IMG/VR virus record: IMGVR_UViG_3300022752_000014
Length of the DNA stretch: 64,000 bases
Strand: one strand, 5' to 3'
From: a virus
Lineage: Duplodnaviria; Caudoviricetes
Notes under the pieces: model-generated
The model's database searches: none
Seen by the model: the letters and a program-made list of their open reading frames with translations, nothing else
Told to the model about the DNA's origin: nothing
Made by a program: the position numbers and the translations under genes
Shown: in pieces, positions 52,877 through 61,610 of the stretch
How the letters are laid out: every line of letters begins with the position of its first letter
How positions within the stretch are numbered: the first letter of the stretch is position 1

Positions 52877-54742
52877 ATGACAATCAATAATAACAATATA
52901 TTTGGAGCATTTACTCTTAATGATGCAAGAGGGTCACGACTGACTGGTGATTGGTTGAATAAAGAGTTTGTTGCGAATTATGGTTGGTTTGGTGGTGGTA
53001 CTCCAGGACCAGTATCAACAGTAGACCGTATAGATTTTTCGAATGATACTGGGACAATATCACCTAGAGGTTCTTTGAGTACTGCAAGATGGTTGACAGC
53101 AGCAACAGGAAACTCTAATTATGGTTGGTTTGGGGGAGGTTCTCAACCAGCAACAACATTTTCAAAAGTAGACCGAATAGATTTTTCTAATGATTCTTCA
53201 ACAACATCAGTAAGAGGTCCATTAAGTTCAGAAAGAAATGGTATGGGAGCAACAGGAAACTCTAACTATGGTTGGTTTGGTGGTGGTTTTCAATTATCAA
53301 CAGTAGAACGTATCGATTTTTCTAATGATTCTTCAACAGCATCACAAAGAGGTCCATTAAGTTTAGCAAGATATAGATTCGGAGGAGCAACAGGAAACTC
53401 CAACTATGGTTGGTTTGGTGGAGGTACATTTGCACTATCAGTATATTCAAGAGTAGACCGCATAGATTTTTCTAATGATGTATCAACGGCATCACCAAGA
53501 GGTTCGTTAAGTTTAACAAGATATGGTATAGGAGCAACAGGAAACTCCAACTATGGTTGGTTTGGTGGTGGTTATTCGGGAACTATTAGTTCAATACACT
53601 ATTCCATAGTAGACCGTATAGATTTTTCTAATGATTCAGTAAGAGCATCCGTTAGAGGTCCATTAAGTTCAACAAGATATCAAGCAGCAGCAACAGGAAA
53701 CTCTAATTATGGTTGGTGGGGTGGAGGTGGTAGATTTCCTTCTGTTCCTTCTCCTGCATTATCAACAGTAGACCGTATAGATTTTGCAAATGATTCTGTA
53801 TCAGCACCTTCAAGAAATCTATTAACTTCTGCAAGATATGGTCATGCAGCAACATCAGGAGTTCTCAATATTCGCAGACAAAAAGCAGGGAATTATGGTT
53901 GGTTTGGTGGTGGACAAACACCGGCAATACCAGGAATAGTTTCAACAGTAGATCGTGTAGATTTTACAAATGATTTAGCAACAGCATCAGTTAGAGGTTC
54001 TTTAAATTTAAGATCTGCAGCAGCAGCAACAGGAAACTCTAATTATGGTTGGTTTGGGGGAGGCACCCCTGGTCCACTATCAACAGTAGACCGTATAGAT
54101 TTCTCAAATGATTCTGCAACAGCATCACCAAGAGGTCCATTAACCTTAGCAAGATCTATTTTAGCAGCAACAGGAAACTCTAATTATGGATGGTTTGGTG
54201 GGGGTTCTGGACCAGTATCAACAGTAGACCGTATAGATTTCTCAAATGATTCTGCAACAGCATCACCAAGAGGACCAATAATTGCTACAAGATATTTGGC
54301 AGCAACAGGAAACTCTAACTATGGTTGGTTTGGTGGCGGTTCTGCAGGAGCTTTAGTAAATCGTATAGATTTCTCAAATGATTCTGCAACAGCATCACCA
54401 AGAGGTCCATTAAGTTTATCAAGAGATAGATTAGCAGCAACAGGAAACTCTAACTATGGTTGGTTTGGTGGCGGTTCTCCAGCAAGATCAACAGTAGACC
54501 GTATAGATTTTTCAAATGATAACATAACAGCATCACTAAGAGGATCATTAACTGGAACGAGATATAATGCTGGAGCAACAGGAAACTCTAATTATGGTTG
54601 GTTTGGGGGAGGCACCCCTGGTCCATTATCAACAACAGATCGAATTGCATTTTCAAATGACTTAGTGACGGCATCGCCAAGAGGGTTATTAAGTCTAGCA
54701 AGATTTTTTCCAGTAGCAACCTCCAACACACCAATGGGATAA
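52877..54742 (+). CDS. Kelch-like double beta-propeller protein 2 (12 repeats)
   Basis: Same repeat, 6+6, linker AATSGVLNIRRQKAG; ends VATSNTPMG. Confidence 0.8.
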   Translation: MTINNNNIFGAFTLNDARGSRLTGDWLNKEFVANYGWFGGGTPGPVSTVDRIDFSNDTGTISPRGSLSTARWLTAATGNSNYGWFGGGSQPATTFSKVDRIDFSNDSSTTSVRGPLSSERNGMGATGNSNYGWFGGGFQLSTVERIDFSNDSSTASQRGPLSLARYRFGGATGNSNYGWFGGGTFALSVYSRVDRIDFSNDVSTASPRGSLSLTRYGIGATGNSNYGWFGGGYSGTISSIHYSIVDRIDFSNDSVRASVRGPLSSTRYQAAATGNSNYGWWGGGGRFPSVPSPALSTVDRIDFANDSVSAPSRNLLTSARYGHAATSGVLNIRRQKAGNYGWFGGGQTPAIPGIVSTVDRVDFTNDLATASVRGSLNLRSAAAATGNSNYGWFGGGTPGPLSTVDRIDFSNDSATASPRGPLTLARSILAATGNSNYGWFGGGSGPVSTVDRIDFSNDSATASPRGPIIATRYLAATGNSNYGWFGGGSAGALVNRIDFSNDSATASPRGPLSLSRDRLAATGNSNYGWFGGGSPARSTVDRIDFSNDNITASLRGSLTGTRYNAGATGNSNYGWFGGGTPGPLSTTDRIAFSNDLVTASPRGLLSLARFFPVATSNTPMG

Positions 54743-54745
54743 AAT

Positions 54746-56479
54746 ATGAAATCAGGAGCAAGTGAAAGTTCTTATTTTTTTCTTGAAGAATATTATAAGT
54801 TTCCAGAAAACATTATAGTTTCTCATTTACCACAAGAACTTCAACAATCAAATAAACCAGTCAAAGTATTGTGGTCGCAACATTCTTATGACCAACCACA
54901 TTATCTCAATTTTGATTTTTCAATTTGTGATTTAATTGTTTCTCCATCCAACTGGTGCAGAGAGCAGTTCATCAAGTATCATCATATTCCAGAAGATAAA
55001 ATCGTCACAATTCCAACAGGAGTATCAAAGCAATTTACATACTCCAACAAAAAATCAAAGACATTCATTTATACTTCCATACCATACAAAGGTCTTGAAG
55101 TATTGGCACAAATCATTCCTCATATTCCTGAGGCAACATTCAAAATTTTCTCTGCGATGAATCTTTATGATATTCAAGAAGACCCATACACAGAACTTTA
55201 TGAATATCTCAAATCACTTCCAAATGTAATCTATTCACCAGCAGTAGACCAAGCAGAACTCATAGAGCACTTACAAGATGCAGCATTCTTCATTCATCCA
55301 AACATCTGGGAAGAAACATTTTGTGTTTCACTTGCAGAAGCAATGTCTTGTGGATGCTTTCCAATTCTGACTGATATTGGAGCACTACCCGAAGTATCCA
55401 ATGAGATTGCGAATATTGTTTCAATGGAAGGCACAAGAACCACCAGAGGATACGAAGTTACAGACAACTTCCTAAATAACTTTATAGATGCCTGTAAATC
55501 TGCTCTATATTTCTTTGATAATGACAGGCAATATTACGATCAAATTTCACAATCAGTTTCATATTATGCTACTGAAACTTATGATTGGAAAAAAATTGCA
55601 AACGTTTGGAAACAAACATTAGAACCATTTAGTAAAAACACTATGACTGAAAATTGTAATCAATTGCAAGTTGTTTCTCCAGAAGAAGCAGTAAGTAACG
55701 AAGAATATTTACAACAAGCATTTCAGGAAGTGCTTCGCTGGGAAGAGGCAGATAAAGAACTTGCACAAGGAAGAACCAATTTCCAGATTGAAAAGTTCTT
55801 TCTGTTAGAGCAATACACAGTTCCTGCAGCATTCCAGGCAGCAATTAAGAATCGTCGCATTCTTGCTGAAGGTTATATGCAGAAACTGATTGAGATGAAA
55901 GAGAAGGTTCGTGAGTTTGAGTATCGTTGGAAAGGTAAGAATACTGATGAACCTGTAGAGTGGCATACATCAGGACCTAATGGTGGTTCTACAAAACTCT
56001 ACTGGCACGATTTGGATTCACTATCAATTCAAAACTACTTGAAATCTTGTGAATTAGAAATTCGTGACCGTATTCAGCAAATGAATTTCTTTGATAAGAT
56101 GATTAATAAACTAATTGAACTCAACGGCGGTAAGACTGTCACTCGTGAGCAGTTTGAAGCAGAGGACCACGTTTATTGGGAACGTCGTTTTGCAGAGCAA
56201 TCTCTGGATGAAATGGTAAGTTCTAAGACTGGTATTAGTATTGGTAATCTTCACTCCATGAGAAGAGGAACTGCGCCAACATTAATCAGTGAAGACACAA
56301 ACCGTATTAAGAATGGTTATGGTTCTCTTGCCGATGCAATTAATGACCCAGAAAGATTCTTGAATACTCTGCAAGAAAAAGTTCTTCGTGGTATTGAAGA
56401 AGTGACAAATACTGACCTTGGTTTGCTTGCTCCTGGAACTGAACAACATCAACAACTTTTAGAATCCAGAAATCCATAA
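54746..56479 (+). CDS. GT-B (family 4-like) glycosyltransferase fused to a helical domain of unknown function
   Basis: IYTSIPYKGL, A.FFIHP.IWEETFCVSLAEAMSCGC.PI.TD.GALPE (GT4 E-x7-E); about 280-aa helical C-terminal region after an in-frame ATG at 55643. Confidence 0.8.
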   Translation: MKSGASESSYFFLEEYYKFPENIIVSHLPQELQQSNKPVKVLWSQHSYDQPHYLNFDFSICDLIVSPSNWCREQFIKYHHIPEDKIVTIPTGVSKQFTYSNKKSKTFIYTSIPYKGLEVLAQIIPHIPEATFKIFSAMNLYDIQEDPYTELYEYLKSLPNVIYSPAVDQAELIEHLQDAAFFIHPNIWEETFCVSLAEAMSCGCFPILTDIGALPEVSNEIANIVSMEGTRTTRGYEVTDNFLNNFIDACKSALYFFDNDRQYYDQISQSVSYYATETYDWKKIANVWKQTLEPFSKNTMTENCNQLQVVSPEEAVSNEEYLQQAFQEVLRWEEADKELAQGRTNFQIEKFFLLEQYTVPAAFQAAIKNRRILAEGYMQKLIEMKEKVREFEYRWKGKNTDEPVEWHTSGPNGGSTKLYWHDLDSLSIQNYLKSCELEIRDRIQQMNFFDKMINKLIELNGGKTVTREQFEAEDHVYWERRFAEQSLDEMVSSKTGISIGNLHSMRRGTAPTLISEDTNRIKNGYGSLADAINDPERFLNTLQEKVLRGIEEVTNTDLGLLAPGTEQHQQLLESRNP

Positions 56480-56491
56480 AGGAGACAATAA

Positions 56492-58729
56492 ATGCCAGCA
56501 GGAGACGTATTTGGACTTGATGGGATTTTTCTAAACAAATCAAATCCTATTACGGTTTCTTCTATAGGAATCAATTCCACTGCTTCTGGTGCTGGCATTG
56601 CTGTTACTGGTGGTATTTTAGATACAGTTGCGGGTATTGCGACTCTTACTCTTTCAAGTGCTGCTGGTCTTTCTACAACACCTTTTTATACTGGTGCGAA
56701 GATTGCAGTTGCAGGTCTTGGTGATACTACTGGTGTAGCATATACTGGATATAATGGAGTTTTTGTAGTCACAGGATTTGCAGGAACTACAACAGTTTCT
56801 TATGCAACTACTGGTTATGTTGGCAGTGTAACTGCTGGCATTACCACAACTGGTTTGGTAATGTTAGTTACTGATACACAAGTCACCAATACCACTTGGA
56901 GTAATGCTCAAACTCACGGTTGGTTTGGTGGTGGACAATCTCCATCAGGTGTATCAAGAATAGACCGTATAGATTTCTCTAATGATTCTATAACAGCATC
57001 TGTTAGGGGACCATTAAGTTCCGTAAGATATAATTTGGGAGCAACAGGAAACTCTAATTATGGTTGGTTTGGTGGTGGTTTTATATTATCAACAGTAGGT
57101 CGTATAGATTTCTCTAATGATTCTGCAACAACATCAGTTAGAGGACCATTAAGTTTAGCAAGAATATCTCCAACAGCAACAGGAAACTCTAATTATGGAT
57201 GGTTTGGTGGTGGTAATTTAGGGTCTCCAGCTGCTTTTGCTGCAGTATCAACAGTAGACCGTATAGATTTCTCCAATGATTCCTCAACAACATCAGCAAG
57301 AGGTCCATTAAGTCAATCAAAACAAGCAACGGCAGCAGCAGCAAACTCTAACTATGGTTGGTTTGGTGGTGGTACTATCCCTGGGTCGCCATTAACAATA
57401 TATTCAACAGTAGACCGTATAGATTTCTCCAATGATTCTAGAACAGCATCACCAAGAGGACCATTAAGTTCCACAAGAAGAAATTTTTCAGCAACAGGAA
57501 ACTCTAATTATGGTTGGTTTAGCGGTAGTAGTATATCAACAGTAGACCGTATAGATTTTTCAAATGATTCCACAACAACATCAGTTAGAGGTCCATTAAG
57601 TTTAGCAAGAACAGGTTCGGCATCAACAGGAAACTCTAACTATGGTTGGTGGGGAGGTAATTATATTTTTCCGGCAACATATAACTCGACAGTGGACCGT
57701 ATAGATTTTTCCAATGATTCTGTAACAGCATCAGTTAGAGGACCATTAAGTGCAGCAAGAGGATATTTAGCAGCAACATCAGGACAGGCAAGATCTTCAA
57801 GCACTCGTCTACAAAAAGCAGGGAATTATGGTTGGTTTGGTGGTGGTATAAACCAAGTTCCATTTCCAATAGTATGGGTATCAAGAGTAGACCGTATTGA
57901 TTTCTCAAATGATTCTATAACAGCATCTCCAAGAGGCGTACTTTCTTCATCACTTGCGGAAAGTGCAGCAACAGGAAACTCTAACTATGGTTGGTTTGGT
58001 GGTGGTTCAACTCCAACATCAGTATCAAGAGTAGACCGTATAGATTTCTCGAATGATTCTTCCACGGCATCAGTTAGAGGTCCATTAAGTTTAGCAAGAT
58101 TTGATTTAGCAGCAACAGGAAACTCTAATTATGGTTGGTTTGGTGGTGGTTTTATTCCTAGTTCAACGAGACTATCAAGAGTAGACCGTATAAATTTTGC
58201 AAATGATTCCGCAACAGCATCAGTTAGAGGTCCATTAAGTTTAGAAAGGTTTCATTTAGCAGCAACAGGAAACTCTAATTATGGTTGGTTTGGTGGTGGT
58301 TATAATCCTGCTCTTGGTGGATATCCAAATAACATTATATCAACAGTAGACCGTATTGATTTCTCTAATGATTCTTCCACGGCATCACCAAGAGGTCCAT
58401 TATCTTCTAGTAGGTATGGTTTAGCTGCAACAGGAAACTCTAACTATGGATGGTTTGGTGGATATTCTGCTTCATCTAGAATAGACCGTATTGATTTCTC
58501 GAATGATTCTACAACAGCATCACCAAGAGGTGTATTATCTTCAACTAGAAGATATGTGGCAGCAACAGGAAACTCTAACTATGGTTGGTGGGGTGGTGGT
58601 AATCCTGCACCTTATTCTACGGTAGATCGTATTAATTTTTCCAATGATACTGGAACAGCATCTCCAAGAGGAGTATTGGGTTTAGCAAGACCTTATATAG
58701 CAGCAACCTCCAACACACCAATAGGATAA
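56492..58729 (+). CDS. Kelch-like double beta-propeller protein 3 (12 repeats) with N-terminal fibre-like domain
   Basis: About 140-aa N-terminal beta domain, then 6+6 repeats, linker AATSGQARSSSTRLQKAG; ends AATSNTPIG. Confidence 0.8.
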   Translation: MPAGDVFGLDGIFLNKSNPITVSSIGINSTASGAGIAVTGGILDTVAGIATLTLSSAAGLSTTPFYTGAKIAVAGLGDTTGVAYTGYNGVFVVTGFAGTTTVSYATTGYVGSVTAGITTTGLVMLVTDTQVTNTTWSNAQTHGWFGGGQSPSGVSRIDRIDFSNDSITASVRGPLSSVRYNLGATGNSNYGWFGGGFILSTVGRIDFSNDSATTSVRGPLSLARISPTATGNSNYGWFGGGNLGSPAAFAAVSTVDRIDFSNDSSTTSARGPLSQSKQATAAAANSNYGWFGGGTIPGSPLTIYSTVDRIDFSNDSRTASPRGPLSSTRRNFSATGNSNYGWFSGSSISTVDRIDFSNDSTTTSVRGPLSLARTGSASTGNSNYGWWGGNYIFPATYNSTVDRIDFSNDSVTASVRGPLSAARGYLAATSGQARSSSTRLQKAGNYGWFGGGINQVPFPIVWVSRVDRIDFSNDSITASPRGVLSSSLAESAATGNSNYGWFGGGSTPTSVSRVDRIDFSNDSSTASVRGPLSLARFDLAATGNSNYGWFGGGFIPSSTRLSRVDRINFANDSATASVRGPLSLERFHLAATGNSNYGWFGGGYNPALGGYPNNIISTVDRIDFSNDSSTASPRGPLSSSRYGLAATGNSNYGWFGGYSASSRIDRIDFSNDSTTASPRGVLSSTRRYVAATGNSNYGWWGGGNPAPYSTVDRINFSNDTGTASPRGVLGLARPYIAATSNTPIG

Positions 58730-58753
58730 ATACCTCCAACTACATTATTAGTA

Positions 58754-59404
58754 ATGAATTTATTATCCAAAGTTTTGATTGCACCAAAAGTCATCAGTCA
58801 AGAAGGTATTGATGCACTGGTTCATCATATGAAAACTTCAAAAACAGAAGACCTTTCAGTATTCGACCCAGATAAATCCAATCAGACAAGATCTACTGAA
58901 TGGATTACCGATAAGAAAACAAGAGATACCCAGATTGCTCCAATTGAACCTGTATTTCCACAGGTCAATGAATTGATGCATCATATTGTAAAGCAAGTCA
59001 TCAATCCTTTTTATCAGTTTGAAGTGGATAGTAGTGAAGTTCCACAACTACTTTGTTATGGTGTAGGAGGTCATTACCAACCTCATATTGATGGTGAAGG
59101 TATATGGACTGCACCAGACCAAACACAAATTTGGAGAAAGACAGTAGACCGTGATTTGTCGATGGTCTTATATCTCAACAATGAGTTTGGAGGTGGTGAT
59201 TTTGTATTTCCAGACCTTCATATTCGTGTTCGTCCTGAGCCTGGTCTTTTAGTATGCTTTCCTTCTAACAGATATTATAGACACGGAGTAGAACCAGTCA
59301 CCAAAGGAAACAGATATTCTATGGTGACTTGGATGACTGTAAAAGGATTTGAGAGTATGGAAACTCAATCTAATAATCTCAAATCTAAATATGGTGTATG
59401 CTAA
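58754..59404 (+). CDS. Prolyl-4-hydroxylase-like 2OG-Fe(II) oxygenase
   Basis: QLLCY..GGHYQPHID, R.LS.VLYLN.EF.GG.F.F, FPSN..Y.HGV.PVTKG.RYS.VTW. Confidence 0.9.
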   Translation: MNLLSKVLIAPKVISQEGIDALVHHMKTSKTEDLSVFDPDKSNQTRSTEWITDKKTRDTQIAPIEPVFPQVNELMHHIVKQVINPFYQFEVDSSEVPQLLCYGVGGHYQPHIDGEGIWTAPDQTQIWRKTVDRDLSMVLYLNNEFGGGDFVFPDLHIRVRPEPGLLVCFPSNRYYRHGVEPVTKGNRYSMVTWMTVKGFESMETQSNNLKSKYGVC

Positions 59405-59410
59405 AGAAAA

Positions 59411-59788
59411 ATGATTACTTATACTTGGAGTATTTCTAGATTAGACTGTGCTCCATCAGAAAATGGATTATCCAATGTAGTTAAAATGATTTATTGGGGA
59501 CTTACAGGAACAGATGAGAATGGAATAACTGCATCTTTCAATAGCTCTTACCCTCTTCCATCACCAAGTCCAGAAGAATTTACTGATTATTCAACTCTAA
59601 CCAAAGAAACTGTGATTCGTTGGTTGGAAAGTAATCTTATTGGTGTTGAAAATTTACAAACAGCACTTGCAAATAAGATTGCGAGTAAGTACAATCCTCC
59701 TATTATTCCATTACCTCTTCCTTGGGCAGTGGTAGAAGAACCTATAGTAACTGAAGAACCAGCAACTAAAACACTTGACGACCAATAA
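59411..59788 (+). CDS. Hypothetical fibre-associated protein
   Basis: TYTW.I..L......VV..I.W.L.G.D.NG...F.DY..LT...V..WLE; similar to the 34102 ORF. Confidence 0.6.
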   Translation: MITYTWSISRLDCAPSENGLSNVVKMIYWGLTGTDENGITASFNSSYPLPSPSPEEFTDYSTLTKETVIRWLESNLIGVENLQTALANKIASKYNPPIIPLPLPWAVVEEPIVTEEPATKTLDDQ

Positions 59789-59803
59789 GTCTTGTGATAT
59801 GAT
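59775..59803 (+). promoter_or_regulatory. sigma70 promoter TTGACG-N17-(TGn)TATGAT
   Basis: TTGACG at 59775-59780, TG at 59795-59796, TATGAT at 59798-59803. Confidence 0.7.
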
Positions 59804-59807
59804 AATA

Positions 59808-59888
59808 AGGTCTTCAACATCCTTGTATCTTTGTAAATCAAGACCTATTCTGGTGGTATAATAAGAGGAGATTTCTCTCCTCTTTTTT
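59808..59888 (+). ncRNA. Candidate ~80-nt small RNA
   Basis: No ORF between the sigma70 promoter and a strong terminator; contains the AGGTCTT/AAGACCT inverted repeat. Confidence 0.35.
59863..59888 (+). terminator. Intrinsic terminator
   Basis: AAGAGGAGA-TTTC-TCTCCTCTT followed by TTTT (9-bp stem). Confidence 0.8.
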
Positions 59889-59920
59889 CTTATATAAATT
59901 ACTTTAGATATTAAACAATT

Positions 59921-60169
59921 ATGAATTTTGTCGTTTATTCCAAAGAAAATTGTCCTTACTGTCATAAAATTAAAACTGTATTAGAATTGACAGGAAGCGA
60001 CTTTGTGGTGTATAATCTTAACGAACACTTTACCAAAGATCAGTTTTATGCCGAGTTTGGTGAAGATTCTACATTTCCTCAAGTTATGTATGGTTCCAAG
60101 AAACTTGGTGGATGTGCTGATACAGTTAAGTTCCTGAAGGAGCAGAAAATGGCACAATGTCAAACCTAA
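59921..60169 (+). CDS. grx: Glutaredoxin
   Basis: VYSKENCPYC, TFPQV, LGGC.DT. Confidence 0.92.
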   Translation: MNFVVYSKENCPYCHKIKTVLELTGSDFVVYNLNEHFTKDQFYAEFGEDSTFPQVMYGSKKLGGCADTVKFLKEQKMAQCQT

Positions 60170-60333
60170 ATAAAGATATCACACCAAATCGTGGTGTCGA
60201 ACTTATGCTCTCAGGGGGAAAAACAAAGAAACCAAAATTATTTCATATCATATTTGAAAAACTGATTTGCATTCTTAAAAGAGAAATCACAATCTATTTT
60301 GAATTTTCAATTCAGTCAAGGAAAGTAAATTAA
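60157..60333 (+). CDS. Hypothetical protein, 58 aa
   Basis: Manually read MSNLNKDITPNRGVELMLSGGK...; fills the gap after glutaredoxin. Confidence 0.5.
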   Translation: MSNLNKDITPNRGVELMLSGGKTKKPKLFHIIFEKLICILKREITIYFEFSIQSRKVN

Positions 60334-60351
60334 CTTCCCAGGAGAAAAAAA

Positions 60352-60582
60352 ATGTTGGCAGCCAGTATAGTCATCGGTTCGTTTGTAACCATCCTTTTTT
60401 TCATTGTTGGTCTCGTAACCGGTTGGGTTGCCAGAGAATATATGATGAACTATCGTGAAATTCCTAAATTACATCCAGAGTGCTATGATGAGCACGGGAA
60501 TATTATTCCTGATGAAGTAGTTGCAGTAAGTTTCCAAGAAGGTTTCTTTAATGATGATGACGAAGATTACGATGAAGATTAA
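60352..60582 (+). CDS. Small membrane protein
   Basis: One TM helix, LHPE.YDE.GN motif, acidic tail; AGGAG SD. Confidence 0.75.
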   Translation: MLAASIVIGSFVTILFFIVGLVTGWVAREYMMNYREIPKLHPECYDEHGNIIPDEVVAVSFQEGFFNDDDEDYDED

Positions 60583-60622
60583 TAATAAATAAAACTACAA
60601 TTATAATTACACATTAACAATT

Positions 60623-61192
60623 ATGACTGCGACAAAGACAAAACCAAAAACCATTACAAATATTGAATTACCTGCAAATCCGTTTGCATTTGAGGTTCTA
60701 AATCTTGTAAATGGGCAAAGAACAAATCTCAAGAAAGTTGAGGTTCTACAGAAATATAAAGATCCATCACTACTTTCAATTCTTATCTGGAACTTTGATG
60801 AAAGTTTAACATCATATCTTCCAGAAGGAATTGTTCCTTATTCTAGTGTTGGAGAACAGGGTTCATTTACCGGAACACTCACCGGAAAAATTGATGATGC
60901 CGTGAGTAAGATGAGTGAACTTGGATCAAATTCTTTGGGATCACAAGATCAGGGGTTCTCTACCATTCGTAAGGAATACTCCAAGTTTTATAATTTTATA
61001 AAGGGTGGTAATGACGGATTGAGTTCTATGCGTCGTGAAACGATGTTTATTAACATTCTTCAAGGTCTTCATCCATTAGAGGCAGAGATTTTATGTTTGG
61101 TAAAGGACAAGAAACTTGAAACAAAATATAAAATCACAAAGGAAATTGTTTCCCAGGCATATCCAGAAATTAAGTGGGGTGGTCGTTCGTGA
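60623..61192 (+). CDS. Conserved-looking hypothetical protein
   Basis: 189-aa ORF after ATAAATA at 60585; RRETMFINILQGLHPLEAEIL motif. Confidence 0.75.
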   Translation: MTATKTKPKTITNIELPANPFAFEVLNLVNGQRTNLKKVEVLQKYKDPSLLSILIWNFDESLTSYLPEGIVPYSSVGEQGSFTGTLTGKIDDAVSKMSELGSNSLGSQDQGFSTIRKEYSKFYNFIKGGNDGLSSMRRETMFINILQGLHPLEAEILCLVKDKKLETKYKITKEIVSQAYPEIKWGGRS

Positions 61193-61542
61193 GTCGAGTT
61201 GTAAAAATGCCAAATGAAAAAGAAAAGGAAAAATCTGTGGATAATTGGTCTTCTGTAGATAGGGAACAATCTAAATCAAAATATAGTTGTGAAATTATTA
61301 TTGAGAATGGATCTTATGCCGAAGTTTCCACCAAGAAATGTCCAAGTGATGCACATATTATAGAATATATTGTAAATGAAAAGGTTTGTTATGATCTCAC
61401 AAGAGGCTTAAGAACAAAATTATTTGATATGTATTATGATAAGTTTGGTCCTAATGTAATTCGAAAGATTGATTGGGGATTTGGGACAATTTCTCCAAGA
61501 GTCTGGGGACATGTAGTTCCTGAAAAAAAGAAAAGAAGATAA
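61189..61542 (+). CDS. Hypothetical protein
   Basis: GTGA overlap with the upstream stop; track ORF 61174..61542. Confidence 0.65.
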   Translation: MSRVVKMPNEKEKEKSVDNWSSVDREQSKSKYSCEIIIENGSYAEVSTKKCPSDAHIIEYIVNEKVCYDLTRGLRTKLFDMYYDKFGPNVIRKIDWGFGTISPRVWGHVVPEKKKRR

Positions 61543-61570
61543 ACTTTTGTGTTGATATCCTAACAAATCA

Positions 61571-61578
61571 TATAAATA
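61571..61578 (+). promoter_or_regulatory. Late promoter
   Basis: Exact TATAAATA; AGGAGG SD downstream. Confidence 0.7.
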
Positions 61579-61610
61579 AAAATGTAATATAGATTTTTTA
61601 GGAGGATTTT

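Noticed and set aside
49560-58729. CRISPR-like appearance of near-identical DNA repeats separated by variable sequence
   Set aside because: The repeats are in-frame protein repeats with a period of roughly 130-160 bp inside continuous ORFs, with synonymous variation and no cas genes.
49522-58729. Diversity-generating retroelement explanation for the variable loops
   Set aside because: No reverse transcriptase and no template/variable repeat pair in the window; the variation includes length changes and is not confined to adenines.
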